Source: Burkholderiales bacterium
Lineage (GTDB): Bacteria > Pseudomonadota > Gammaproteobacteria > Burkholderiales > Eutrophovitaceae
Length of the DNA: 64,000 nucleotides
Reading direction: 5' to 3'
NCBI GenBank assembly: GCA_040880425.1
Contig: JBBDIL010000020.1
Location: forward strand, 23,312 to 87,311
Every line of letters begins with the position of its first letter. Position 1 is the first letter of the stretch. Below the pieces are notes generated by a model. That model worked only from the letters and a program-made list of their open reading frames with translations. It was not told where the DNA came from and searched no databases. The translations under genes and the position numbers were made by a program. Shown piece by piece: positions 1 through 7,937 of this stretch.

Positions 1-517
1 GGAAGGTTCCGAAGATATTGCGAGCCTGTTTGTGCATCTGCTGCTGCATTTCCAGAAACGCCGTCGCACTCTGCTCGAGGTAATTCGACATCAACCCCTG
101 CATTGCCGGCCCCTGCATTTTCACGAACTGGGACCAGGCCTCTGCGTTCACCGCCGGGTTCTCGCCGAATTTCGGAAGATTCTGCTCCTGCAGCTTGCGT
201 TGAATCTCGATGAAGGTCTGGATGTTTTTCTCGAGGTAATTGCCCATCATGCCCTGCATCGCGTTCCCGTAGAATCGGATGATCTGCGCGAGCATGGCCG
301 AGGTGAACATTGGCGCGCCGGCGCTTTCCTCTTCCAGGATGATCTGCATCAGGATGTTGCGGGTCAGGTCTTCCTCGGACTTTGCATCCACGACCTTGAA
401 TGCGACCTGGTCGAGCACGAGTTGTTTGACGTCAGCGAGCGTGATGTAACTGCTGGTCGCCGTGTCGTACAGGCGGCGGTTCGGGTACTTCTTGATCAGG
501 CGGATCTCTTCACTCAT
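1..517 (-). CDS. phaR: PHA synthesis repressor PhaR; the C-terminal end runs off the window edge
   Basis: It is absent from the ORF track because there is no stop codon in the window. My minus-strand translation from ATG 517..515 gives MSEEIRLIKKYPNRRLYDTATSSYITLADVKQLVLDQVAFKVVDAKSEEDLTRNILMQIILEEE, the conserved PhaR N-terminal region. The gene lies next to phaB and phaC. Confidence 0.85.
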   Translation of the reverse strand, partial: MSEEIRLIKKYPNRRLYDTATSSYITLADVKQLVLDQVAFKVVDAKSEEDLTRNILMQIILEEESAGAPMFTSAMLAQIIRFYGNAMQGMMGNYLEKNIQTFIEIQRKLQEQNLPKFGENPAVNAEAWSQFVKMQGPAMQGLMSNYLEQSATAFLEMQQQMHKQARNIFGTF

Positions 518-541
518 CTCTACGACCATCCCGAAAAGGTT

Positions 542-554
542 GCCGCAGTGCGGC
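542..554. promoter_or_regulatory. Perfect inverted repeat GCCGCA-G-TGCGGC in the phaR 5' leader; candidate PhaR operator
   Basis: Read directly from the sequence. Related half-site copies GCCGCA-N-TG occur at 586-598 and 801-813. The TGC-rich character resembles reported PhaR sites, but the assignment is an inference. Confidence 0.35.
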
Positions 555-606
555 GGGAAGCGGAACCCGGACTATAGCCGGGTCTGCCGCATTGCGTGAG
601 TGAGAA

Positions 607-633
607 AATATAACCTTTTGAATATCAGGTCAA
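607..633 (-). promoter_or_regulatory. Candidate sigma70 promoter of phaR (-35 TTGACC 633..628, -10 TATATT 612..607, spacer 15-16 nt)
   Basis: Hexamers read on the minus strand within the AT-rich island 600-790. The spacer is shorter than the optimum. Confidence 0.35.
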
Positions 634-665
634 AGGGAGGCTCATGCATTGCGCCAAATCCAGTG

Positions 666-694
666 TTGACTTTAGCGTTTCAGGCTTCTAGTAT
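666..694 (+). promoter_or_regulatory. Candidate sigma70 promoter P1 (-35 TTGACT 666-671, 17-nt spacer, -10 TAGTAT 689-694)
   Basis: Hexamers and spacing read directly. It points toward the ORF-free unit that ends at the 1220-1251 terminator. Confidence 0.4.
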
Positions 695-751
695 TGCCAT
701 TGTGCGATGCGGTAATTATGTTTGTCTAAAAATTAAGTTGACAATAATACC

Positions 752-780
752 TTATCAATATCAGTAAGATAATGTATAAT
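752..780 (+). promoter_or_regulatory. Candidate sigma70 promoter P2 (-35 TTATCA 752-757, 17-nt spacer, -10 TATAAT 775-780 preceded by TG)
   Basis: Consensus -10 hexamer in the AT-rich island. The predicted TSS is near 787. Confidence 0.45.
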
Positions 781-786
781 TTTCAA

Positions 787-1251
787 GCCCGATAGGCTTT
801 GCCGCACTGAAGCAGAAAGAGGCCTGAACAGGCTTTGGGATGCGACAGCGGTCGCAGTGAAGCAGGTCGACCGGCGCGCCATGGGGCAGCCAAAAAAAGG
901 CGGGCTGGTGACTGCCGGACTTTCAGATGGCCGGTTGGGTGGCATGGACGTTGGAACGAGAATTGCGTCCTATTGATGCAAGAGCAGATGTTGGCAGTGG
1001 GGAGTCGGGTTGGAATCGAGACTCCCGGGCGGGCTGGATGCCTTGAAGTCCCAGCAGGAATCCGGAACGGCTGCAGGAATGGCGGCCGGGCAGGCTGAAG
1101 CGGCGGCGATGAGAACCGTAACAGCAGCGGCGGAGGCGCTAGACGCCTCTGCGGGGAAGTAAGGTTAGCGCAAGTCTCCTCCCCCTTTACCTAAAGGTTT
1201 CGCCTTTAGTAAAGGTTCAGCCCCGGCGGGCAACCGCCGGGGCTTTTTTTT
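787..1251 (+). ncRNA. Orphan non-coding transcription unit, candidate structured sRNA of unknown family; the 5' end is uncertain (about 701 if P1 is used)
   Basis: It has promoters upstream and a strong intrinsic terminator at its 3' end. No protein-like ORF is present: the only track ORFs are 835..1098(+) and 733..945(-), and both translate to low-complexity sequence. There are many local hairpins and 12 GGA triplets between 838 and 1157, often as CAGGAAU, CUGGAUG or UUGGAAU. Confidence 0.5.
1220..1251 (+). terminator. Rho-independent terminator (10-bp GC stem GCCCCGGCGG/CCGCCGGGGC, GCAA loop, T8)
   Basis: Perfect stem with a GNRA-type tetraloop and T-run, read directly. The T-run is present only on the + strand. 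Confidence 0.85.
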
Positions 1252-1421
1252 CCTCGTTTCCGGACGCGCAGCGTCAACACATTGACGCGCTGCGTCACCG
1301 AATTCGTACGCGTGGCCGGACAGTCTTTGACCCGGTCTGCCTCAGGGATGCGTCCGGCATAAACCGGTATGGCCGCCGTCGATACCGGCGCCCATTCCGG
1401 CCGGCCAACCCGAGCGCGAAA

Positions 1422-2165
1422 TCAGAACATGTGCTGGCCGCCATTGATCGAGATATTGGCGCCGGTAACGAAGGCCGCTTCGTCGGATGCCAGGTAAATG
1501 ATCAATCCGGCAACCTCTTCTGGTTGTCCCAGCCGGCCGAGCGGGATCTGCGGAAGGATTTTCGAGTCGAGGATATCCTGCGGGATCGCGGTCACCATCC
1601 TGGTGCCAATGTATCCGGGCGAAATGGTGTTGACGGTGACGCCTTTTCTGGCCACTTCCAGCGCCAGCGCCTTGGTGAATCCGTGCATTCCGGCCTTGGC
1701 GGCCGAGTAGTTGGTCTGGCCGAACGCGCCTTTCTGGCCGTTAACCGAGGAAACATTGATTACCCGGCCCCAGCCGCGGTCGACCATGCCGTCCATCACG
1801 TGCTTGGTCATGTTGAACACGCTGTACAAGTTGGTGCGGATGACCGTGTCCCAGTCCTCCTTGCCCATTTTCTTGAACGTCATGTCGCGGGTGATGCCGG
1901 CGTTATTCACCAGGACGTCGACCGGGCCCACGTCCGATTCCACGGTCTTGACGCATTCTTCGCAGGAGTCGTAATCGGATACGTCTACCGGGTATGCATG
2001 AAACGCGTAGCCGCGCTCCTTCATCGATGCCAACCATGGCTTTGCATTCTTGTTGCCGGGCGAGTGCGTGGCGACGACGGTATAACCCTGGTCGGCCATT
2101 TTCGTGCAGATCGATTCGCCAAGTCCGCCCATGCCGCCGGTGACGACCACGATGCGTTTTGCCAT
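1422..2165 (-). CDS. phaB: Acetoacetyl-CoA reductase (SDR family)
   Basis: The ORF track 1422..2183 translation contains VVTGGMGGLG, NNAG and YSAAK motifs and resembles PhaB end to end. I prefer ATG 2165, which is preceded by AAGGGGGA, over TTG 2183. Confidence 0.9.
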   Translation of the reverse strand: MAKRIVVVTGGMGGLGESICTKMADQGYTVVATHSPGNKNAKPWLASMKERGYAFHAYPVDVSDYDSCEECVKTVESDVGPVDVLVNNAGITRDMTFKKMGKEDWDTVIRTNLYSVFNMTKHVMDGMVDRGWGRVINVSSVNGQKGAFGQTNYSAAKAGMHGFTKALALEVARKGVTVNTISPGYIGTRMVTAIPQDILDSKILPQIPLGRLGQPEEVAGLIIYLASDEAAFVTGANISINGGQHMF

Positions 2166-2207
2166 CTTTTCCCCCTTGTTCAATTTCGTGTTGGTGGTTG
2201 CCGTCGT

Positions 2208-3971
2208 TCAGCCCCTGCGTTCCTTCACATATCGGCCGGGCGCAGGCTCGGTCGGCTGATACTGCCTGCTCCCGGTCGCGCGTGGAGCGGGGCGGGTTTT
2301 CCCCGAACGCGCCGCGAGCCATGCGCTCCAGTGTCGCCACCAGCTTCCCGGCTGCCGTTGCGTCATGGCCTGCCATTGCCGGGGATCCCGAACCAGACTG
2401 CCACCGGTCCAGAACTCGCGCCGGTTAAGAGAGGCGGGATTCACCACGCCGGCAACATGCCCGCTCGCGCCAAGCACGAATTCGGTGCGAGGACCGAGCA
2501 ATCTCGCGGTGTGGTATGCGCTCTCCCACGGCACGATATGGTCTTCCCGCGCAGCGAACACGTAAGCCGGCAGCTGTAATTTGCCGAGATCCACGTCAGC
2601 GCCGCACAGGCGGAGTCTACCGGGAACCCTCAGATTGTTCTCGAGGTACATGTTGCGCAGGTAGAACGCGTACAGCGGGCCCGGCAGATTCGAACCGTCG
2701 GAATTCCAATAGAGCAGATCGAACGGCTTTGGTTCGCGGCCCATCAAATAGTTGTTCACCACGAAATTCCACACCAGATCATTGGCGCGCAGCGTTGCGA
2801 AAGTAGCAGCGAGCCGCGACCCGGGCATCAGACCGCCTGCCTGGTACTCTGCCTCGCAACGCTCGACGTACGCCTCATCCACATAGACGCTGATGTCGCC
2901 GGTATCCGAAAAGTCCAGCATGGTGGCGAGCAGCGAGAGGGAGTGAGCGCGCTTACGCCGCTTCGTGGCGAGTACCGCCAGTGCGGTTGCCAACAGGGTT
3001 CCGCCGACGCAAAAGCCGAGCGTGTTCACCGTGCGGCTGCCGGTGATCCGCGAGATTGCATCGAGCGGTGCGAATACGCCTTTCTCCATGTAATCCTCCC
3101 AGCCGAGCGCGCCGAGTTCTTCCGGGATATTGCGCCACGAGACGATGAAGGTGGTGAAGCCCTGTTCCACGCAATAGCGCACGAAGGAGTTTTGCGGCTG
3201 CAGATCCAGGATGTAGTACTTGTTGATGAATGGCGGCACGATCAGCAACGGACGCTCGTACACCTGATCCGTGGCCGGCGCGTACTGAATCAGTTGCATG
3301 ACTTCGTTCTCGAAAATCACGTCGCCGGGTGTGAGCGCCAGGTTGCGGCCGATTTCGAAAGCACTCTCGTCGGTCATCGAAATGCGACCGCGCGCGAGGT
3401 CGCGCGACAGGTGCTGCAGCCCGTGGGCAAGGCTTTCGCCACGCGTTTCGATCGCGGCCTTGATCACGTCCGGATTGGTCGGCGCATAGTTGTTGGGCGC
3501 CAGGGCATCGATGATCTGACGCGTGACGAACCGCAGTCGCTTGCGTTTTTCCGGTTCGAGCGTTGCCAGTTCGGCGATGTCGTGCAGGTAGGCCGCATGC
3601 AGTGCGTAGCCGCGATGGAGCAGGCGAAACCAGGGGATTTCACGCCATTCCGGGCTTTCGAAGCGACGGTCGACGGATTGGGTCCCGGGGGCATTGGTTG
3701 CGTCGACGTCGTTCCAGAGTGCAAGCCAGTCGCGATAGAAGCGGGACTGCAGGTCGGCGAGTTTTTCGCGCTGTGCGGCGCTGCCGGTCAGTGCCGAGAC
3801 CAGTTCCGCGTAATCCAGGCCTTGCGACGGCAGATCGCGCAGAAATGCGTCGACCAGCGCCTGTCCGGCGTCGGTCAGGGCACGGACGACGTCTGCCGGG
3901 TTGTCTTTCGGGGAATTCATCGGAAAGGGCGCGGCGCGCAGGTTGCGCGTTGCATCCATTCTTGGCGGCAT
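2208..3971 (-). CDS. phaC: Class I poly(3-hydroxyalkanoate) synthase
   Basis: The 587-aa ORF has the lipase-box GFCVGG and is similar to Cupriavidus-type PhaC throughout (KYYILDLQP, NLPGP, HIVPW). An alternative start is ATG 3920. Confidence 0.9.
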   Translation of the reverse strand: MPPRMDATRNLRAAPFPMNSPKDNPADVVRALTDAGQALVDAFLRDLPSQGLDYAELVSALTGSAAQREKLADLQSRFYRDWLALWNDVDATNAPGTQSVDRRFESPEWREIPWFRLLHRGYALHAAYLHDIAELATLEPEKRKRLRFVTRQIIDALAPNNYAPTNPDVIKAAIETRGESLAHGLQHLSRDLARGRISMTDESAFEIGRNLALTPGDVIFENEVMQLIQYAPATDQVYERPLLIVPPFINKYYILDLQPQNSFVRYCVEQGFTTFIVSWRNIPEELGALGWEDYMEKGVFAPLDAISRITGSRTVNTLGFCVGGTLLATALAVLATKRRKRAHSLSLLATMLDFSDTGDISVYVDEAYVERCEAEYQAGGLMPGSRLAATFATLRANDLVWNFVVNNYLMGREPKPFDLLYWNSDGSNLPGPLYAFYLRNMYLENNLRVPGRLRLCGADVDLGKLQLPAYVFAAREDHIVPWESAYHTARLLGPRTEFVLGASGHVAGVVNPASLNRREFWTGGSLVRDPRQWQAMTQRQPGSWWRHWSAWLAARSGKTRPAPRATGSRQYQPTEPAPGRYVKERRG

Positions 3972-4044
3972 GAGCGGTCAAGTCAAGCCGATGAACCGGC
4001 GTGGTTCCGGCGCGCGCGTCAAGCTGCCGTTGGCGACGCAACTC

Positions 4045-4824
4045 TCAGACCGGCACGTGTCCGAGAACGGCCTTGACCAGGGCGATGGAGGCAATCCCGG
4101 CGCCGATCAGCAGCACCTGTTCCAGCGTTGCGCGCAGCTCGGTCCGTCGGTGCAGGCCAGGTATCAGGTCGGCGATGGCCACGTAGATCATGCTCGCTGC
4201 GGCGAAGCCCAGCAGCGTCGGGATCCACGATTGCAGCGACTGCAGGGCGGCGTAGGCCAGCAGTCCGCCGATCAACGTGGCGCCGCTCGACATCAGGTTG
4301 AAAGCGAATGCCCTGGTGCGGGAATAGCCCGAATGCAGCAGTACCAGAAAATCGCCGACTTCCTGCGGAATCTCGTGCGCGATGATCGCCAGCGCGGTCA
4401 CGATGCCGAGTTCGATATCGATCAGGAATGCCGCCGCAATCAGGACGCCGTCGACAAAGTTATGCACCGTGTCGCCGATCAGGATCATCAGTCCGCTGCG
4501 GCCGTGGTCCGAATGTTGTTCGCGGACTTCATGGGCCTCGCAGACCTCATTGTGACAATGCCGCCACAGGATCAGCTTCTCGAGAATGAAAAACGCCAGG
4601 ATGCCCAGCAGCACGGTCATGGTCAGCGTACGGACGTTGTCCGTTGCTTCGACCGCATGCGGCAGGATCTCGAGGAATACCGCACCCAGCAGGGCGCCCA
4701 CCGCATAGCTGATCAGCGAAGAAATGCGTGCCGGCGATGCGCGCAGGGCGAACGCGGCGGCCGCGCATACGGACAAGACAGCGCCGGCGAAGGTTGTCAG
4801 GACAATCCAGGCAAGAGGCGACAT
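4045..4824 (-). CDS. ZIP-family divalent metal (zinc) transporter
   Basis: A 259-aa polytopic membrane protein with HNFVDG and HEIPQEVGDF signatures and a His-rich loop. Confidence 0.8.
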   Translation of the reverse strand: MSPLAWIVLTTFAGAVLSVCAAAAFALRASPARISSLISYAVGALLGAVFLEILPHAVEATDNVRTLTMTVLLGILAFFILEKLILWRHCHNEVCEAHEVREQHSDHGRSGLMILIGDTVHNFVDGVLIAAAFLIDIELGIVTALAIIAHEIPQEVGDFLVLLHSGYSRTRAFAFNLMSSGATLIGGLLAYAALQSLQSWIPTLLGFAAASMIYVAIADLIPGLHRRTELRATLEQVLLIGAGIASIALVKAVLGHVPV

Positions 4825-4907
4825 GAGAATGGAATGGGGAAGAAGCCGTCGAGTATAGCGGGCGTGTCAAGCTCATCGGTCGGGCGCAACCGGTATCGAG
4901 CGGCTGG

Positions 4908-5657
4908 TCAGGAGGTCAGCCAGACCAGCGCGGCCATCCTTCCGGTGACCTTGTCCCGGCGATGTGAAAAGAAGCGCCGCGGATCCGAGCAGGTACACAG
5001 GTCGCCGCCATGCACTGCGCCGACACCGGTCGCGGCGAGGCGCTGGCGCGCGAGCTGGAACAGGTCGGCCATCCATTTCCCGTGGACATGCGGTCGAAAC
5101 GCCCGGGCGGCTTGAGCGTCGCGGGCAACGAATGCCTGGTATACGTCTTCGCCGACCTCGAAGGCGTCCGGTCCGATCGCCGGTCCGAGAAAGGCGATCA
5201 ACTGTTCCGGCGGGCGTGCCATCGCTTCGATGGTGTTCTCGATCACGCCGGCGGCAAGGCCGCGCCAACCCGCGTGCGCTGCGGCAACGACGCTTCCCTT
5301 GCGGTCGGCGAGCAGTACCGGCAGGCAGTCCGCGACCAGCACCGCGCACACAGTGCCCGGACTGCGCGCGAAACTGGCATCGGCTTCCACCGGTGCCGTC
5401 CAGGTGTCGGCTTCCATCACCCGCGTGCCATGCACCTGGTTGAGCCACGCCGGTTCTGCCGGCAGCAGCGCGCGCAGCCGTGCGCGATTTGCCGCGACTG
5501 CCTCCGCCGAGTCGTTGACGTGATCGCCGAGATTCAGGCTCTGGTACGCGCCGCTGCTGTGGCCGCCGGCGCGTGTCGTGATCAGGGCCTGCACGCGCGC
5601 CGGGGCCGGCCAATCGGGTCGGATCCAGTCGGAAACCGGTTCACTCCGTGGGGCCAT
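4908..5657 (-). CDS. pgeF: YfiH/PgeF (DUF152) purine-nucleoside phosphorylase / laccase-domain protein
   Basis: Contains the family motifs LVADCLPVL, AHAGWRG and CTCSDPRRFFSHRR. It sits directly downstream of rluD, as in E. coli. I chose ATG 5657 (MAPRSEP...), which overlaps the rluD 3' end by 17 nt. Confidence 0.8.
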   Translation of the reverse strand: MAPRSEPVSDWIRPDWPAPARVQALITTRAGGHSSGAYQSLNLGDHVNDSAEAVAANRARLRALLPAEPAWLNQVHGTRVMEADTWTAPVEADASFARSPGTVCAVLVADCLPVLLADRKGSVVAAAHAGWRGLAAGVIENTIEAMARPPEQLIAFLGPAIGPDAFEVGEDVYQAFVARDAQAARAFRPHVHGKWMADLFQLARQRLAATGVGAVHGGDLCTCSDPRRFFSHRRDKVTGRMAALVWLTS

Positions 5658-6678
5658 GTTCCGATGCCTCGCCGCGAAGATCGGCAAGCAGTTGCGCCAT
5701 GTCGGAGGGCAGGTCCGATTCCCACGCGAGTGGCTGTTCCCCGCCCGGATGCAATAATGTCAGCCGTGCGGCATGTAAGGCCTGTCGCGGAAAACGGCGT
5801 GCAGCCTCGGGCAGGGTTGCCGCAGAGCGCCGCGAGCGGTACACGGGGTCGCCGAGCAACGGATGCCCGATCGACGTCAGATGGACGCGGATCTGATGCG
5901 TGCGTCCGGTTTCGAGCCGGCAGCGCAGCAAGGTCCAGCCCGCGCCATGCTCGATCACTTCGAAATGCGTGGCCGCGGGTTTGCCCTTTGCGACCACGGC
6001 CATGCGCGTGCGGGCGACCGGATCGCGTCCGATCGGTGCTTCGATGGTGCCGGATGTCGAAAGGGTTCCGTGCACCAGCGCGAGATACTCGCGGCCGACG
6101 CTGCGCGCCTGCAACTGCCTGACCAGACTGGTTTGCGACTGCAGGGTCTTGGCGACAACCAGCAGCCCGCTGGTGTCCTTGTCAAGGCGATGCACGATCC
6201 CCGCGCGCGGCAGCGTGCGCAGCGCCGGATCGTGCTCGAGCAGGGCATTCAGCAGCGTGCCGCTCCAGTTTCCGCTGCCGGGGTGAACCACCAGACCCGC
6301 GGGCTTGTCGACCACCAGGATGGTGTTGTCTTCGAATACGATCCTGAGCGGGATCGATTCGGCATGGAAGGCGAGCGCTTCGGCGTCGTGCTGCGGCAAG
6401 ACGGCGATGCGTTCACCGCCCCACACCCTGGCCTTCGCGGCAGCCGCGCGCCCATCCACGGTGATGTGTCCCTCGCGCATCCAGCGCTGCAGGCGGCTGC
6501 GGGAATATTCGGGGAGCAGGCGCGCGAGCGCCTGGTCGAGGCGCATTCCTGCGCAGTCCGGCGGAACAGTGAGTTCCCGGGGCGCTGTGTCCGGGGGGTT
6601 TACCTTATAATTCGCGAAATTTTTCTCGAGGTTCAATGTGCTGCGTAGTTTAGCTGTTATCGCCGTACTGGTGCTCAT
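5641..6678 (-). CDS. rluD: 23S rRNA pseudouridine synthase RluD
   Basis: S4 domain (RLDQALARLLPEYSRSRLQRWMREGHITVDG) plus the catalytic HRLDKDTSGLL motif. The start is uncertain: ATG 6678 overlaps the bamD start region, and TTG 6636 is an alternative. Confidence 0.85.
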   Translation of the reverse strand: MSTSTAITAKLRSTLNLEKNFANYKVNPPDTAPRELTVPPDCAGMRLDQALARLLPEYSRSRLQRWMREGHITVDGRAAAAKARVWGGERIAVLPQHDAEALAFHAESIPLRIVFEDNTILVVDKPAGLVVHPGSGNWSGTLLNALLEHDPALRTLPRAGIVHRLDKDTSGLLVVAKTLQSQTSLVRQLQARSVGREYLALVHGTLSTSGTIEAPIGRDPVARTRMAVVAKGKPAATHFEVIEHGAGWTLLRCRLETGRTHQIRVHLTSIGHPLLGDPVYRSRRSAATLPEAARRFPRQALHAARLTLLHPGGEQPLAWESDLPSDMAQLLADLRGEASEHGPTE

Positions 6679-7408
6679 AGGGTGCTCGCAGGCCCGGGAC
6701 GAGACGCGCGACTGGGGTCCGGACCGTCTCTACTATGCGGCGCGCGAGGAAATGGATGGCAAAAACTACCAAAAGGCGATCGGTTATTACCAGAAACTTG
6801 AATCGCGCTATCCGTACGGACGCTTCGCGCAGCAGGCGCAGCTCGACACCGCATACGCCTACTGGAAGGACGGCGATCCGGGACTGGCACTTGCCGCCTG
6901 CGACCGCTTCATCCGCGAGCATCCGAATCATGCGAACGTGGATTACGCCTACTATCTGAAAGGCAGGATCAATTTCAACGAGGACCTCGGCCTGCTGGGT
7001 TTCATCAGCCGCAAGGATCTGTCAGAGCGCGACCCGCTGGCGGCGCGCGAGGCGTTCGATGCGTTCAAGACCCTGGTGACCCGGTTTCCGCACAGCCGTT
7101 ATGCGAAGGACGCGGAAGCGCGCATGAAATACCTGGTGAATGCGCTGGCGGCACACGAGACGCATGTGGCCGAGTATTACTACCGGCGCGCGGCATACGT
7201 GGCGGCGGTGAACCGCGCGCAACTGGTGCTGACCACATATCCCCAGGCGCCGGCGATCGAGCGGGCGCTAGTGGTCATGGTCAAGTCCTACGACCAGATG
7301 GGCCTGGAGACGCTGCGCGACGATACGGAGCGCACACTTAAAGAAAATTTTCCAGACAGCAAACTGGCAGTTCGCGATAACCGCAGATCCTGGTGGATGT
7401 TCTGGTAA
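6638..7408 (+). CDS. bamD: Outer-membrane assembly lipoprotein BamD (YfiO/ComL)
   Basis: Lipoprotein signal peptide with lipobox LIGC and TPR-like repeats (YYQKLESRYPYGRFAQQAQLDTAYAY). It is divergent from rluD, as in E. coli. Confidence 0.85.
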   Translation: MLRSLAVIAVLVLIGCSQARDETRDWGPDRLYYAAREEMDGKNYQKAIGYYQKLESRYPYGRFAQQAQLDTAYAYWKDGDPGLALAACDRFIREHPNHANVDYAYYLKGRINFNEDLGLLGFISRKDLSERDPLAAREAFDAFKTLVTRFPHSRYAKDAEARMKYLVNALAAHETHVAEYYYRRAAYVAAVNRAQLVLTTYPQAPAIERALVVMVKSYDQMGLETLRDDTERTLKENFPDSKLAVRDNRRSWWMFW

Positions 7409-7432
7409 GCCTTTTCCCGGGCTGAAGCTTCG

Positions 7433-7738
7433 TCAGCGCGTAAATGCGCCGATCACGCTCATGAGTTCGTCGATGGCGGTGTCACCCTTGCCGGAACGCA
7501 CGGCATCCTGGACGCAGCCGTGCGTATGGTCGCGCAGCAGTTCCAGCGCCACCGCATCGAGCGCCGAACGCACGGCGGCGATCTGCGTCAGGATGTCCAC
7601 GCAGTAGCGGTCTTCCCCGACCATCCGGTTCAGTCCGCGCACCTGGCCTTCGATGCGATTCAGGCGGCGTACCAGCCCCGCCTTGTCCGCACGGTGTACA
7701 TGGCGGTGCGGTGCCTCAGCGCGCTTGGTAGCCGGCAT
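7433..7738 (-). CDS. csoR: CsoR/RcnR-family metal-sensing repressor (copper-type C-H-C ligands)
   Basis: A 101-aa protein with RIEGQVRGL, YCVDILTQ and HTHGC motifs. It is the last gene of the cop operon. Confidence 0.8.
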   Translation of the reverse strand: MPATKRAEAPHRHVHRADKAGLVRRLNRIEGQVRGLNRMVGEDRYCVDILTQIAAVRSALDAVALELLRDHTHGCVQDAVRSGKGDTAIDELMSVIGAFTR

Positions 7739-7922
7739 CCTCGATCGCTCCCCTGATTTGCGCCAGGCTGGCGAGTGCCGGGTCGAAGCTGACCCTGGCT
7801 TCGCCGCGCTCGAGCGATACGTCAGCAGACTTTACGCCCGGCACGGTCTCGAGCACGCGAGTCACACTGCGCACGCAGCCGCCGCAGGTCATGCCCTTTA
7901 CTTCGATCAACGTTGTTTCCAT
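7716..7922 (-). CDS. copZ: Copper chaperone CopZ (HMA domain)
   Basis: A 68-aa protein with the GMTCGGC metal-binding motif. Confidence 0.85.
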   Translation of the reverse strand: METTLIEVKGMTCGGCVRSVTRVLETVPGVKSADVSLERGEARVSFDPALASLAQIRGAIEDAGYQAR

Positions 7923-7937
7923 GAACGCTCCTTTAAG

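Noticed and set aside
636-691. A 15-codon ORF (MHCAKSSVDFSVSGF*) with a strong AAGGGAGG 3 nt upstream of its ATG at 644.
   Set aside because: It lies upstream of both plus-strand promoters. I found no promoter that would transcribe it, and the SD-to-ATG spacing is very short. It is probably a chance occurrence in the promoter island.
738-743. A consensus TTGACA hexamer in the AT-rich island.
   Set aside because: No acceptable -10 element lies at 16-19 nt: TCAGTA is at 17 nt, TAAGAT at 21 nt and TATAAT at 31 nt. I therefore did not call it as the -35 of a promoter.
835-1098. An 87-aa ORF (and the 27-codon ORF 1079..1162, MAAGQAEAAAMRTVTAAAEALDASAGK) inside the phaR-divergent unit. I also considered whether the region is a phasin gene or a decayed phasin pseudogene.
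   Set aside because: The 87-aa translation (MGCDSGRSEAGRPARHG...) is not protein-like, has a TTG start and has no Shine-Dalgarno. The short Ala-rich ORF has its AGGA directly against the ATG. I see no extended phasin-like Ala/Lys/Glu-rich frame, although pseudogene decay cannot be fully excluded without homology searches.
787-1251. I considered whether the ORF-free transcript is RNase P RNA, tmRNA, 6S RNA or a cobalamin riboswitch.
   Set aside because: I could not find the GAGGAAAGTCCGGGC-type P4 core of RNase P. There is no tRNA-like end or tag reading frame of tmRNA, and no B12-box. The size does not fit 6S RNA. No downstream gene on the same strand exists for a riboswitch to control.
1431-2579. 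A 382-aa plus-strand ORF, and many similar long ORFs (for example 2943..4076, 5010..6122, 8763..10109, 10159..11727, 12513..14147, 13819..15237, 25424..26986, 28845..31148, 31856..33376, 47311..48795, 48729..50177, 51024..52685, 57029..58378, 58317..60134, 62643..63977).
   Set aside because: They lie antisense to genes with clear family signatures. Their translations are Arg/Ala/Gly/Pro-rich low-complexity sequence with no motifs. This is the usual stop-codon-poor artefact of GC-rich DNA.
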